Notes: generated from the letters alone by a model not told the origin. A stretch of 64,000 nt of DNA from Octopus vulgaris (GCA_951406725.2 OX597816.1:30256001-30320000), one strand, 5' to 3'. Shown: positions 29,340 through 44,107, counted from the stretch's first letter. Translations and numbers: made by a program.

Positions 29340-29370
<31 letters not shown>

Positions 29371-29371
29371 G

Positions 29372-29409
<38 letters not shown>

Positions 29410-29449
29410 CACCCATATATTTGTACACACGCTACATACATACATACAC

Positions 29450-29480
<31 letters not shown>

Positions 29481-29544
29481 ATAGAGTAGTGCGGTCAGAA
29501 AAAAATGTTGGTACATTAAGCATCAAGCATGTACACGGCTTACA

Positions 29545-29768
29545 CTTTTACTCTTTTACTTGTTTCAGTCATTTGAATGTGGCCATGCTGGAGCACCGCA
29601 TTTAGTCGAGCAAGTCGACCCCAGGACTTATTCTTTGTAAGCCTAGTACTTATTCTATCGGTCTCTTTTTGCCGAACCTCTAAGTTACGTGGATATAAAC
29701 ACACCAGCATCGGTTGTTAAGCGATATTGGGGGGGACAAACACAGACATACACATACACAAACACACA

Positions 29769-29800
<32 letters not shown>

Positions 29801-29998
29801 GACACACACACACACACACATATATACATATACGACGGGCTTCTTTCAGTTTCCATCTACCAAATCCACTCACAAGGCTTTGGTCGACCCGAGACTATAG
29901 TAGAAGACACTTGCCGAAGGTGCCACGCAGTGGGACTGAACCCGGAACCATGTGGTTGGTAAGCAAGCTACTTACCACACAGCCACTCCTGCACCTAT
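29545..29998 (-). mobile_element. SINE family B, full length
   Basis: End-to-end match with other B copies. Confidence 0.92.
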
Positions 29999-30494
29999 GT
30001 ATAGATTACATAAAGCGGATGAATCTTCGCTCAGCAAAGTTTATTAACCAACGTATGTTATACATCTTCGTCCCATTTCGAAAGTGATGGAAATTTACTT
30101 AAGATGATTGCAACTATTCAACTCACGGTTTAGTATCGAAGATTGCCAATTAAGCTACCATAAATTGATAAAGGCAACGAATGAAAGTAGATCCGTAATT
30201 CGTACCATGTATGCAATACCCTTCCCCATTACGTACACCTATTAGTTTATAACCCCCCCACACACACACACACACAAACAAAGACAGGTGAAATAGACGG
30301 ACAAACAGACATATTTATATATGTAACCACACGTGCTTTTCTTGGACATTTTTCATTCTTTCCGGATCTTTCCCATCTCCTCTTTCTGACGAAGAGCCTT
30401 GATCAAAACGTTTTACTCCTATTCTCTTCTTCCATCCTATACTCAGCTTCAGTTTAATTCATTCCACTTGTACTCCCTTTTGACTTTTGGTGCT

Positions 30495-30871
30495 TTACTC
30501 TTTACTCTTTACTCTTTTACTTGTTTCAGTCATTTGACTGCGGCCATGCTGGAGCACCACCTTTTTAGTACTTATTCTATCGGTCTCTTTTGCCGAACCG
30601 CTAAGTGACGGGGACCTAAACACACCAGCATCGGTTGTCAAGCAATGCTAGGGGGACAAACACAGACACACAAACACACGCATACATATATATATACATA
30701 TATACGACAGGCTTCTTTCAGTTTCCGTCTACCAAATCCACTCACAAAGGCATTGGTCGGCCCGGAGGCTATAGCAGAAGACACTTGCCCAAGATGCCAC
30801 GCAGTGGGACTGAACCCGCAACCGTGTGGTTGGTTAGCAAGCTACTTACCACACAGCCACTCCTGCGCCTA
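30495..30871 (-). mobile_element. SINE family B, internal-deletion variant
   Basis: Same deletion and diagnostic bases as 10165-10521. Confidence 0.9.
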
Positions 30872-31491
30872 TTTGTTATTTTTTATTTTCGATCTGCCTG
30901 GCGGTGCTCCAGCATGGCCGTGCTTCAGCATGGCCGTGCTTCAGCATGGCCGTGCTTCAGCATGGCCGCAGTCAAATAACTGAAATATGTAAAAGAGTAA
31001 GAGTAAACAATTTGGCAAGACTTGACAAGTGCATTTAATTTTATTTAGCTATATTATGAAAAGTTGAGATTGTCTCTGACAGCTATTTCTGGGACATCCC
31101 AGCTATTGAACATTGTGTCGAGCGAAGGCTCCATATGCTGAGTATACCGTCATCGCAGAGAGAGATATATAGATAGAGATAGGTAAAATATATGGAAAGA
31201 TCCAAATGATTCCGGTTAGATCCAGTGAGATTGGGTGTTTCTTAGGTAAATCCATGGTCAGAGGGAATAGTTAGATAATAATCCATAGCGAAGGAAAATG
31301 GATGTTAGCACTTCCAATGCTGGACAAAATACTCTACTGCATTTTGTCTGATCATGAATTTCCCTAAGGAATACTCGGTAACACTGGATATAACCCGGAC
31401 TCATTTAGATCTCTCCACCTTCTCTGGACATAAGGAACCATAACAACTATCATTGATGAGGAACTTTTATTCCAGTGTTACATACATTTGA

Positions 31492-31864
<373 letters not shown>

Positions 31865-32146
31865 GTGGTCTTTTCCGTAGGCTTTTCTTTCCACGGGCAA
31901 ACCTCACCTGTCCTCCCCTTTACACTTCATATTGACATTTCTGTGATTACGATCCCTATTGATTAATTTTTTTCCCTCTCCCCCCCCTTTTTAAAAAAAA
32001 AATCCTCCCCTTTTTTGTCCTCTTTCTTTCCTTTTACGATCCCTTTTGATCGAAAACCAACCCCCTTTTTTTTTACCCCCAAAAGAAAAGCTCTACCTTG
32101 TAATTTGTTCTGTCTGTGTGCAGCCCTGTGTGGCTAATAAAGAAAC
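31865..32146 (+). mobile_element. Probable LINE 3' UTR remnant within a (TCTA)n tract
   Basis: Pyrimidine-rich, ends GCAGCCCTGTGTGGCTAATAAAGAAA, and short TCTA repeats resume after it. Confidence 0.5.
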
Positions 32147-32501
32147 ATATCTATCTATCTCTCATTTCGATGACGGGTTACTCAGCAAATGTAATCTTCG
32201 CTCGGCACGATGTTCCTATAGTTGGGATATTCCAGAAATAGTTGTCAGAGACTATCTCTACCATTCAATATACAGCTAAATTAAATTAAATCTCCTTATC
32301 AAGATTTGCCAAATTGCCTGCCTCTCCTCATTTACTTTAACTTATACCTACTGTTTCAAGGGGAAATCATTTCTAGCCGCTTTTGGTAAGACAGTCACAA
32401 ACACACAATTTCAACTTCAAACACGGGAATTTTAGTTGCATACCTATTTGAGCTGTCAGAGCACATACCTATTGGTTTGGATTACCTCGACGAAAACTTC
32501 T

Positions 32502-32580
<79 letters not shown>

Positions 32581-33100
32581 TATATATATATATATATATA
32601 TGAATGTAAGATACAGGGATCGAGGAGTGGGATGAAAGTTATCTTTGAGCAATCCATAGTGAATATAAAAAACAACTTTCAGAAATAATAGTGGTTTATT
32701 AAGACGGAAGGCTACAGATATTTTTTTTTCTTTATCAAGGAACGATGAGCTGAAAAAAAAGTTCTTTTTATATTCCATGGTAGGCGACTAGGGTTGCCGA
32801 GTGTGCGAAAAATAATACAAGAGTTATGGAATGGAGTATGAAAAATCCGGGCTACATATGTTTCATGGCGAGTGGAAACTCAGAAGTGGTAAAATCCACG
32901 TGAGGTGTATGCCGTGGGCTACTCGACTGAATCCACTTTGCGCCAACGTATACCTCCTTGCGACAATGTCGCCTTTAATCTAATAAAGAGTAGCCGGCGA
33001 TATACACCTCACTTGGATTTGACCGATTCTGAGGTTCCACTCACTATGAAACATAAATAGCCCGGATTTTCGATACTCCGTTCTGTAACGCTTGTATATA

Positions 33101-33191
<91 letters not shown>

Positions 33192-33196
<5 letters not shown>

Positions 33197-33400
33197 ATCC
33201 AAACATGAAAACACAAAGAGAAAACACAACAACGCGAGGACGTGGAACAAGTATAGTGTTATCGGATGCTCAGGAAAGGAAAGAAAGAAGGAGAAATTAA
33301 CGTTTCGAGCGGTGCTCTTCGTCAGAAACATAGGAAAAGGAAAGATCCAAGGAAGAGAAGACGGAGGAAAAAAATCGCCAATGATACACACGCGGTCACA
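33192..33400 (-). mobile_element. Family E short element with intact minimal hammerhead core
   Basis: Minus strand GTTT-CTGACGA-A-GAGC acc GCTC-GAAA-CGTT at ~33296-33332; homologues at 16905, 44108, 50381 and, diverged, ~30325 (+). Confidence 0.7.
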
Positions 33401-33457
<57 letters not shown>

Positions 33458-33479
33458 GTATATATATATATATACACAC

Positions 33480-33510
<31 letters not shown>

Positions 33511-33529
33511 GATAGATAGATATATATAT

Positions 33530-33566
<37 letters not shown>

Positions 33567-34994
33567 GAAAGTTTTCTCTCCAGCATCTCTTCGCCGACTC
33601 AAAAGATCGTAGTGGATCGCACTTAGTTGTTTTAGTTCTGCTAGATCAAGGCATGATCAATGTTTGTACACCACCAACAGCAGCAACAGACACAGCTCCA
33701 ATATCAAATTGTTAAAAAAAACAGCATGATTTAGATATTGTAATTCGCAAAGATTCTACACGGTTGCTTGGCCTGTTAGCAACACCAATCAAAATGCCAT
33801 GACATCACTTTAGGCAGTCAAAGACCTGCCCGTTCTAACCGATATGGCTGAAGTAACAAGAGCGCGATCTCTGGCTATCTATGTCTGTTGCTGCTACAAC
33901 CAGGTGACTTTACACAGCACTTTAGGCGTTTGGGCAAATCAAAGAACTGGGCTCCGTAATATATATATTTAAAAAACAGCAAGCCACAAACATAGATCAG
34001 AATTGACTCCCTAGACTTGTAAGGTCTCCGGGCAAATGCGCAGTGTGCCCATGTCTTACGACGGCACTGCCTATAACATCCTGTATAGCACACTGAATTC
34101 ACCACGCCATTAGTAGCCATCTATTGCCAGGTAGATATTTTCTTCGTCGGCGATGGATTCCTACAGTTCGTGAAAATATCCGCCTTTACAAAAAGCTTCT
34201 CGGGATATAATTGTTTTATTTGTTCTCGTGTTGAAGGATTTTTGTTGTTTTTTTTCTCTCTTTTATTTTTTTTTTTTTTTGTAAAGGAAATATAAGGAAG
34301 AAAATTAAACAGCGATAAACTGTGTCCTAGAAAAAACAAAAAAATCAGAAGTGTTTTTGAGTGTTAAATAGTTATTTTGGCAATAAATAGATGGAACTGG
34401 TAAGCAAGAATAAAACATCTGGTAATCTATCTAATCATAATAATAACAATCAGGAAAATAACCATCGCCGCTGCCACCCCAGTAGCAACAGCAACAATAA
34501 CAACAACCATGGTGGTGGTGGTGGTGGTGGTGATGATGATGATGGTGATGAATTCACTGAATATTTTACTTGTAACGTGCTAATTGATTCAACGAAAAGA
34601 ACTAATAACCATATGGTAATCTATTCGAGGGAGTCTGTTGCTATTTCTTTTTTTTTTTTTTTTTTTGTAATCTTTGTCTTTCGTTAAGCGTGAAGAGGCG
34701 GAATATTGCCCATAGCCGACCCAAACGATGGGAATGCATCGCCGAGGGAGATATCTGTCTTGGGATTGTGGTAACTGATGTAGAGTGGTCTTTGGGTCAG
34801 ATTGTACTGCTCTATCTAGAAAGGTAACTCAACCGAGTAGAAGTACCATTGTTGGTTCCTACAGAATGTCCGATAAAACTAATTGTTCAAGGTGTATATA
34901 TAGGACAAGATTTATATAAGTTGTACTGTTAATCATCAATAATAATTTGGGACGGCTTACATGTCAGCTAGACCAGTACGAGCAGTAATGTTTG

Positions 34995-35392
34995 GGATCT
35001 TTTCGGTTTGAACGGCAGTTTTTCCCAGCGGTGTCATATGAAATTGTCACCCATAATTTTGACCCTAATATCGATCGATTGCATTTCAATCTATTTTAGG
35101 GTTAGGGTTAGGGTTAGGGGGGAAGGGTATCTTTTTTTCTTCACAAATGTAAATAAACCCAATCTGTTTCTTAAACGAGGCACATATTCATACGGCACAG
35201 AATGTTTTTTACCTCAATAGACGTCAGTGATTGGTTGAAATTGCAGAAATTGAAGAAAAAACAACAACAAATATCTTACAAACTATAGAATTTTCTCAAT
35301 AAAGCCAAGAGAAAAAGATGTTTTATAAACACATTCTACCAGTATACGAAGTTTAATATGTTTTCGTTACCTAGAAATTATGTTAAAAATCC
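34995..35392. mobile_element. MITE family D, right TIR largely deleted
   Basis: Left TIR GGATCTTTTCGGTTTGAACGGCAG; body matches other D copies. Confidence 0.85.
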
Positions 35393-35604
35393 ACGTTTTG
35401 TTTATTATCCTGTGTAACATATTTTGTCTATTTGTCTTTGGTCAGTAAGTGGTATTTTCTCTTTGTTACTATCTAGAAATCAAAGGAAACTACTACTATT
35501 CCTTTCGAACTTAGCTTTTGTGATTGGACATCAATGCTTTGAAACTGACATAGTCTCCATTACATTTCAGACAGACTCAGTGCTGAGTTGCTGAAGCAGA
35601 AATA

Positions 35605-35760
35605 TCGTTATAGCAAATGTTCTGCTCAATACCACAGAATTGCTTGTCATTTGCTTGACCTTAAGAACTTGAGCTTGTCCCTTTGTGGCTGACAATATAT
35701 GCATCTCTGATCGCGAGCAGGAGTAGTGTGGGAGCATTATAGCTATATGTCGAGAGGGAG
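35605..35760 (+). mobile_element. Repeat family C fragment
   Basis: TTCTGCTCAATACCACAGA.TTGCTTGTCA as at 8148. Confidence 0.75.
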
Positions 35761-36699
35761 TTTGGGGGTTTCAATAGATGTAACAAAAGCAAACTTTGAA
35801 GGAAATATTAACCATTTTTCATACTTCTAGATTTAAGCAGATAGAAAATATCAGTTGCTACCCAAGGTCAAAAATAGTGTTACACAGTGTTATTGAAAAT
35901 TTCGGACACGGTAATAATTTGGGACACTTTCGTATTTCTATGGCTTAAATGTCTGCTATTATAGATCTGTACGAGCAGCAATTTTTTGTTTATTATCATT
36001 GCTAAGTTGAGACACGATAACATCTAAATGGATCAAATACGAACAATTCAAGGAATTATATATTCCTATCAATGTATACTTACAATAAATAACAGGATGT
36101 GGCATTATAGTGTATGTATAGCTCAAATTGAGCTGAACATTAAACTTTCATAACATTGAACTTGATAAAGAAGGTGATTTAAGAGACACATGTTCACAGA
36201 TATGGTAATTTTTATTTATTTTTTTTTTTTAGATATAGAATATTTAGGGCTGAAATATTGCAATACTTGTTTCTACAACAGTAAGGTTTAATTTAGGGAT
36301 ATTTGGCTGCTATTTCTACTAGGCCAAGTGGATGAGTAGAGTAGTCAGTGTTTTCGGACCTGGAGCTCAGAAAACAAAGGTGGGAGGTTGGTGGTCGTTT
36401 TTTATATGCTATGATATCTTCCTCTGAAACCCGCAAAGTCTGCCGGCAAAGTTTCACCGAATTTCATATTGTGTCTGAGAAGCCTTCAAGTTTCTCTGTT
36501 AAAAAAGAAAAGAGAAACAAGCAAAAGAAAAAAAAAACAGTATACCGATTCTCTATATAGCAAGAAAAGGCTTTTATTAAACTGCATTGAAAAGTTCCTA
36601 CCCCACCAGAAATGTCTTTTTGAAAATCTATATACCGAAAAACAAAAAGACAAAAAATTTACATAACGTCCCCGACCCACAAGATGTTTAAGATCCGTT

Positions 36700-37094
36700 G
36701 GATCTTTTCGGTTTGAATAGCAGCTTTTTTCTAGCGGTGTCATATGAAATTGTCACCCTTAATTATGACCCTAGAATCGATCTATTGCATTTCAATCTCT
36801 TTTAGGGTTAGGGTTTTTTCTTCACAAATGTAAATAGACCCAGTCTGTTTCTTAAACAAGGGACATATTTATACGGCACAGAATGCTTTTTACCTCCATA
36901 GACGTCACTGATTGGTTGAAATTGCAGAAATTGAAGAAAAAAAAGCAACAAATACCTTACAAACTATAGAATTTTCTCAATAAAGCCAAGAGAAAAAGAT
37001 GTTTTATAAACACATTCTACCAGTATACGAAGTTTAAAATGTTTTAGTTACCTAGAAATTATGTTAAAAACTGCCGTTCAAACCGAAAAGATCC
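36700..37094. mobile_element. MITE family D
   Basis: ~28-bp TIRs GGATCTTTTCGGTTTGAA / TTCAAACCGAAAAGATCC; 8-bp flanks GATCCGTT/GATCCTTT. Confidence 0.92.
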
Positions 37095-37479
37095 GATCCT
37101 TTGAAGAATTTGTTTTGTTTAAGAAACTGAAAACGTCTTTCCATTTTTTAAAACTATTTCACATATCAAGCCGTTACAAATTCTTTTTTCACCAACATCA
37201 CAATAAAAATACCTTTTTTTTTTCTGTTTTCAGAAAGATATTACCGTTTACTGTAAAAAGTCGCCAGAGTTTAGCGGTCACCTGTAAGTAGCAGTTTTTA
37301 TCATACATTAAACATTCATTTTCCACCCATTTAAGATAAGAATATTAGATGCCACTGTTTTTAAATTGTTTGCTTAATTATTTGCTTACTTCAGTGTTCG
37401 TTCAGGTATCTCAGGAGTACCGAAGCAAGAAACTCCGATTTTGTATAAATTATAACAAATTAAAGGAAAATGTGTTAAC

Positions 37480-37664
37480 ATAGGCGCAGGAGTGGCTACG
37501 TGGTAAGTAGCTTGCTTACCAACCACATGGTTCCGAGTTCATTCCCACTGCGTGGCACCTTGGGCAAATGTATTTTACTATAGCTTCTGGCCGACCAAAG
37601 CCTTGTGAGTGGATTTTGTAGGGTAGACGGAAACTGAAAGAAGCCCGTCGTATATATGTGTATG

Positions 37665-37709
<45 letters not shown>

Positions 37710-37920
37710 GTATGTGTGTGCTTTTGTTTGTGTGTCTGTGTCTGTCTCCCCAGATACTGGTGTATTTTCGTCCCCGTTACTTAGCGGTTCGGCAAAAAAA
37801 GACCGATAGAATAAGTACTGGGCTTACAAAGAATAAGTCCTGGGGCCGATTTGCTCGACTAAAAGGCGGTGCTCTAGCATGGCCGCAGTCAAATAACTGA
37901 AACAAGTAAAAGAGTAAAAG
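37480..37920 (+). mobile_element. SINE family B, full length
   Basis: ATAGGCGCAGGAGTGGCT head to GTAAAAGAG tail. Confidence 0.92.
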
Positions 37921-38668
37921 AGAGAGTGTGTGGGAGGGGGTGGGGGTTTGGGTGTCAGTGTGTATGTGTGCGTGTGTGTTTCGCAAAAATACAACCTAGT
38001 TATAAATCAACATTTTTGCGAAACACACACGCATACATACACACTGACACCCAATCCCTCCACCCAACCACACACTCTCTCTTTTACTTGTTTCAGTCAT
38101 ATACCCAAGTATATTACATGTATTTTCTTTATTGGCTGCGGAAGAATAAATGACAAAATCAAACCCAGCGGCGTTTGAATTCACAATATAATAACAATAA
38201 CTTAATACCGCAAGCTAATGTCAAACACGAATATTGCTTCTAACAGAAATCAATAAGAGAACAACATGTTGGGTAACGTTTGACATTATAGACATCCTGT
38301 CAAACACTACTATTGTTTTTAACAAGCCTAAATTAGGGATAGAATCTGAGACTTGTAGGAGGACAAGAAAATATAATTTTTTGAACGGAAACTTTGCTCA
38401 AATGTTTGCAGGAGAGTAGATACCGTTAAAGGTACCTCACGGCCTGGCGAGGCTGTTAAGCTTGATAGTGAACTTAATCTACCATCCTCTCAATCGAACG
38501 GTCAATTCGACGGACATTTCCGCCTGTAATGCTTCCGACACGATACATTCTTTGGTTAGCAAAATGCTATAGAATAGGATATCTGCTTATGATACCACAT
38601 ACTGAAATCGAAACCGAAACCTGTTAATGAAAAGTAGACTTCTTAACTACAAAACTACATCTGCTTGA

Positions 38669-39070
38669 AGGCTGTGTGGTAAGTAGCTTGTTTACCAACC
38701 ACATGGTTCCGGGTTCAGTCCCACTGCGTGGCACCTTGGGCAAGTGTCTTCTACTATAGCCTCGGGCCGACCAAAGCCTTGTGAGTGGATTTGGTAGACG
38801 GAAACTGAAAGAAGCTCGTCGTATATATGTGTATATATATATATATATGCGTGTGTGTGTTTGTATGTCTGTGTTTGTCCCCCTAGCATTGCTTGACAAC
38901 CGATGCTGGTGTGTTCATGTCCCCGTTACTTAGCGGTTCGGCAAAAGAGACCGATAGAATAAGTGCTGGGCTTACAAAAGAATAAGTCCCGGGGTCGAGT
39001 TGCTCGATTAAAGGCGGTGCTCCAGCATGGCCGCAGTCAAATGCCTGAAACAAGTAAAAGAGTAAAAGAG
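38669..39070 (+). mobile_element. SINE family B, near full length
   Basis: Matches other B copies. Confidence 0.92.
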
Positions 39071-39298
39071 AGTAATAAAAAAGATTGTAGGTCACGGCTG
39101 GAATGCTCTTCATCATGGATCTGCTGGACGAAGTCTACCTAGAATTAAGTTACAGCAACAACAACTTACAGTGAAAGAAAATTGTCTTGTCTGGTAAAAA
39201 TAATATTACTGAACAGCTGAATCAAAGGTTTTGATCCTCACTTCCCCCATTTATTAACACAGTAAAGATGAGTGATCCCTAAAACTGTATTCATTTAA

Positions 39299-39564
39299 CC
39301 CTTTTGTCATGGGATGCAAAGCGATCGACGCGACCACCGAGAAATTTCAACCATTCCTCAATTTACCGCCTATAAAACTGGCCAAGCACATCGGATAATT
39401 TTGTTCGAGATCACACTGCAGGAAAAATTTCTTTATCGGGGCATTAAGTGATTCATACGATCTTGCAAGTGTCTTGTGCGTCATTTCCTCCTTATATATC
39501 AGCCGTTGGTAGTTTACTGTGACCAGACAAAAACCTAACAAGTAACCTTATTCAGTGAAAGGGG
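39299..39564. mobile_element. Possible decayed piggyBac-type MITE
   Basis: TTAA-CCCTTT ... AAAGGGG-TTAA ends; TIR match is short. Confidence 0.4.
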
Positions 39565-39991
39565 TTAAATAAATTCAGCAGTGAAACTAAGCAAAACAGT
39601 TGCTATATGTCACTCGGTGAACTGTGGTACATAGGTAAGAGAGTGTGGTACGTATATGAATATGAGTGAAAGGTACCTGTCCTTCTTAAATGTAGTAGAC
39701 ATCCTGTCTAAATCAAAATATATAATAATTGAACATACACTTATACACACAATTGTACATCTCATTATGCATACACACACATATATATATGTGTGCGTGT
39801 GTGTGTGTGTATGTATGTATGGGATTATACACACAGTATATATCTATGTATATATATGTAAATAAATCTATATATGCACGAGACAGCATTTATTGATTTA
39901 GCATGTGCTTAGGTGAATGGCGAACATACATCCATGTATATGCGTGTGCAAACATATATACATACATATATATATATATACATATATATAC

Positions 39992-40041
<50 letters not shown>

Positions 40042-40070
40042 GTACGTACGTACGTACATACATACATACA

Positions 40071-40104
<34 letters not shown>

Positions 40105-42683
40105 CATACATACATACGTATACTTACAAATGATAATGTGCGAACATACATACATACACACATAGTGAACTACACCAACCACCGGAAGTTTCCCAAACAC
40201 TTTTGTGCGTGTGTGTCTGAAAAAGGCTCATCATTGGCTGAATTATTGCTGACGTATGAAAGTGTTAACAGGAAATACTGGTAATAGCGACGGTGGGTTA
40301 ATATCAAAACTGGTGTATAACAACATTAAATGGCGGCGTTGTCGCTTATTCTTTTATTTTGATTTGCTATATAAATGATTGCCAATTGCTGTATGGTAAT
40401 AAAATAACATAGATCCCATGCATGTGTATGTGTGTGTTTATGTGCATGTGCATGTGTGCACATATGTATGAGTTCGTACGTGTGTGAAGTTAAGGCGATA
40501 TCAATGAGCAAAAAACTATAATTTAGCTAAATAACTTTAAGCAGCTAAGCTGAATAGAGTGGGTAATACTGATGTCTACTTATTGGCAGATTTTGAAGAC
40601 TGACCGGTCTTGCGTTCGTTAGACGTCGAATTTTTGATCTAGGAGTAGAATCTATACGCATGGGTCTTACTTGTGGTTGAGTGTGTCGGATGCGATATGG
40701 TAGGAATGGGTTTTGTTAGAGAATATGAAAAGTTTACAATATTTCAGAACTCTAAAAGTTCTATGTCGGCATGAAGAAACAAGAATAATAAAATGGTTTA
40801 AGTTTGGAGAAGAGAATTTTATAGGGCTCTGTAAAAGTAGAGCTGATATAGTTACTTAAATATGACTTGGCAGAGGACTTAGTAAAATTGTAGGGTGGAT
40901 TGGTTTCTTTCAAAAACTAGAAGTGCAACGATACTGAAGTAGCATATTTCTACTTGGGTGCCGGAATGAATCTATGTGGTGCTTAAATCTTATTTTGAAT
41001 TGATTTGCCATTAAACCTATGTAAGAGTGGGAAGAATTGATGTTAACGGTGTCTCAGTATATAATATATATTTTACTAGGTAGTTGTCTTCGATTGGACA
41101 TATATTGGTATTTGTATATTTGCCTTTGAGTAGTCTCTTAATTATATGTATGTTCTTATGCGGGCGCATGTGTATTAATGTTTAAGTATCCGAATATATG
41201 AAGTATTGAACGTTCAAGTGTAGAGGTGTAAACGATGTCATGGGCCTGTAAAAGAAGTAACTCAGGAGGACGATATGATCATTGACAGAAGAAAAGGAGT
41301 GGAAAGCAGAAGTATAATAAACCTATATACATATATATATATAAACAACAATATGCGCTATTAACTCCTTTCGCATATTATGTATTTATGCCATTCACAC
41401 ATGCAGAGGGTGCACTCGAGTAAACACGTTCATATAAACAGATATAATTATATGCATTGTTTCTGCGTATGATTATACACCGCGGTGTCACGTCACTTCC
41501 GCTCGCCGGTCGTTCCTTGCAGCATTTCTGTGTTCGGTGTGGCTTTGTTCAGAGGCCATCCGGCCTCTCGCCTCCGTCGTCAACTGGAAGTTATTTTGCC
41601 TCTTCGTTCTACCGTCCCTTATGGTCTCAATTCTTCACCCCTATTCATGGTTCTGTGATCGGTCCCGTATGTGGCACCTAGGGCAAGTTTCTTCTATAAT
41701 TCCAGGCCGACCAATGCCCTTTTTGATAGGTTGAGAGACTAAAAGAAGCTAGTCACACACCCGTGCGCGCACACATACATAAATACACACACTCACATAT
41801 ACGAGTGTGTGTGTGTATGTATATATGCATTTAATTGGCTATTCTCTATCTTCACAGTGAGATACGTGCATCACCTTCTACGTTTTCACTTTAACTTCTT
41901 TGATATTTCATCTCCCTCTCTCTTGATAAATTAAGTACCAGTTACGCACTGGGATCGATGAAATCGACTTAATCCCTTTGTCTGTCCTTGATTGTCCCCT
42001 CTGTGTTTAGCCCCTTGTGGGTAGTAAAGAAATATATATGTACATGTGTACGTATGCATATATATTTATGTATATGTATGTACGTATGTATATATGTATG
42101 AAGGCGTGTGTGAAAGTGTGTGAGTAGTTTTTAACGTGGACTATTTCTGTGAATAGTGATGTTAGTATTTGATGTGTGTTGGTGTCTGAATGTATACCAT
42201 TGCTCCATTAAAACGATTTTAGGTATTTTTTCTTCTTATTGAAGTTTCAGTATCTCGATTTCCTTTGTCTTTCGCTCTTTACTTCACTGAAGAATGCCTG
42301 AGAAACACAAAAGACATCCTTTCTTATGCAATGCACACAAATTGCACCGTTTAAAACAGACGTCTACTTAGAACAATTCTACATCTTTAGTCATACGCAC
42401 CCAATGCGTACACATCAACTTCATCACAAACACCCTCTTAACAATTGCATACAAAACGACATACTCCCACAACCCCACAAACTAACCTCAGCAAATTTAT
42501 TCTTGCTGAAATCTATACTCATGCATAGAATCTCTACCAACACACATTACACGAGTGCCTCTTACGCTCGCTTGTAGACACAGACGGACGTTTGCATGTA
42601 CACAACATCCGCTCTTTCTTCAGAATTCTCGCCACAGATCGTCATTCCTCCCTAGTCATAACACATCACCTTTTACCACTATA

Positions 42684-42997
42684 AAAAAAAACGTCGCCCT
42701 TTTCAAGCCAAGCCAAGGCTCATGGTCCCGGTTTCCCGGTTTCTGGGGCGTATGTGTTCCCTCCAGCTGGAAGGGACGCCAGTCCATCGCAGCGTTACTC
42801 AAGAAACAGGAGGAGAGAGTGAGAGAAAGTTGTGGCGAAAGATGTAAAACAAGAGTCGCCACCACCCCCTGCCGGAGTCTCGTGAAGTTTTTAGGTGTTT
42901 TCGCTCAATAAACATACACAACGCCCGGTCTGGGAATCGAAACCAGGATCCTCCGACCGCAAGTCCGCTGCCCTAACCACTGAGCCATTGCGCATCC
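42684..42997 (-). mobile_element. SINE family G (tRNA-derived) with TSD
   Basis: Minus-strand A box TGGCTCAGTGG and B box GGTTTCGATTCC; flanking repeat TTTTACCACTATA. Confidence 0.9.
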
Positions 42998-44107
42998 TTT
43001 TACCACTATAGTGTCATAAAAATTAGTTTCATAAAATTAGTGTCATAGAATTAAATGTTCATAATATTGTGGCTTTGTACTTTTTCCTACACGCTCTCAA
43101 TTTCTTTCTATATCTCTACCTATGTTTATGTTTCTGTTCATGAGAAACCAACGTTCGAAACGTTGACTCTTTCAGCTTCTCAAGCGTAAAACTAATACTA
43201 TACACGTCATACTTGCGTTGAGCTGCTCTTTTTATACTTTACTTTTTATGTATGTATGTATGTATGTATGTATGTATGTATGTATGTATGTATGTATGTG
43301 TGTGTATGTATGTGTGTATGTATCTTCATTTAAATTCTTCCTCTGAAGGAGCTGGTTTCCAACAAAGATACAAAGCTCCATCTTTGGAATGTAGATAACG
43401 AAAACAATGTCACATTTTAAAACTGAGAAATGTCTTGCATAGTTTTACTGTTCCGCTTACAAATTGTATTTGTATTGTACGAGTCGGTTGGTTGATTGTT
43501 GCCTAGGCATTATGTCAGTTATGAATGTACTTACAAAACCAAGTGCTCCAATTATTATTTGGTATAAATGTATATTTGTAATCCGGTTAAAGAAATTGAA
43601 GGTTTTGAAGCAGTTGTCCATAGCTATCTTCTTTCTCTTTGATTTTCAAAGAGATATTCACATTAACAGGACAGCTGACCTCTGTGACGGTACATACATT
43701 TTCTTGTCTGTATTTATGTATGCATTTGTGTGTGTGACTGCGTGGGTGCTTCCAGACACAAGCTGGAATCTGAGTGTAACTGGGTGTATGTCCATATACA
43801 TGAAGTTTCAATATAAATGCATTTTCTTTCTTCGGGGTGATTGAGGTCATTTTATATCTAGATCTCCGCAACTCAAGTGTGTGTTAGTATAAATGTGCGC
43901 GCGCGTATGAATGTTTCTATGTATGTGTATTTGTGTGTTTCTGTGTGCGTATGTCCCGTCCATTCAACGTGTGCTTCAATAACTTCAATTATGAATAGTT
44001 AGTCGTTATGGGTGTAGCATGCCTCTCTCTCAACAGACTGGTGTACGTGGAATCTGTGTGTGTGTGTGTATGTATATATGTACATGTATGTATCTGTATA
44101 TGTATGT

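Noticed and set aside
40560-41270. Possible decayed LINE endonuclease on the minus strand (LNV, APH-like motifs)
   Set aside because: Motifs too short and interrupted by stops to support a call
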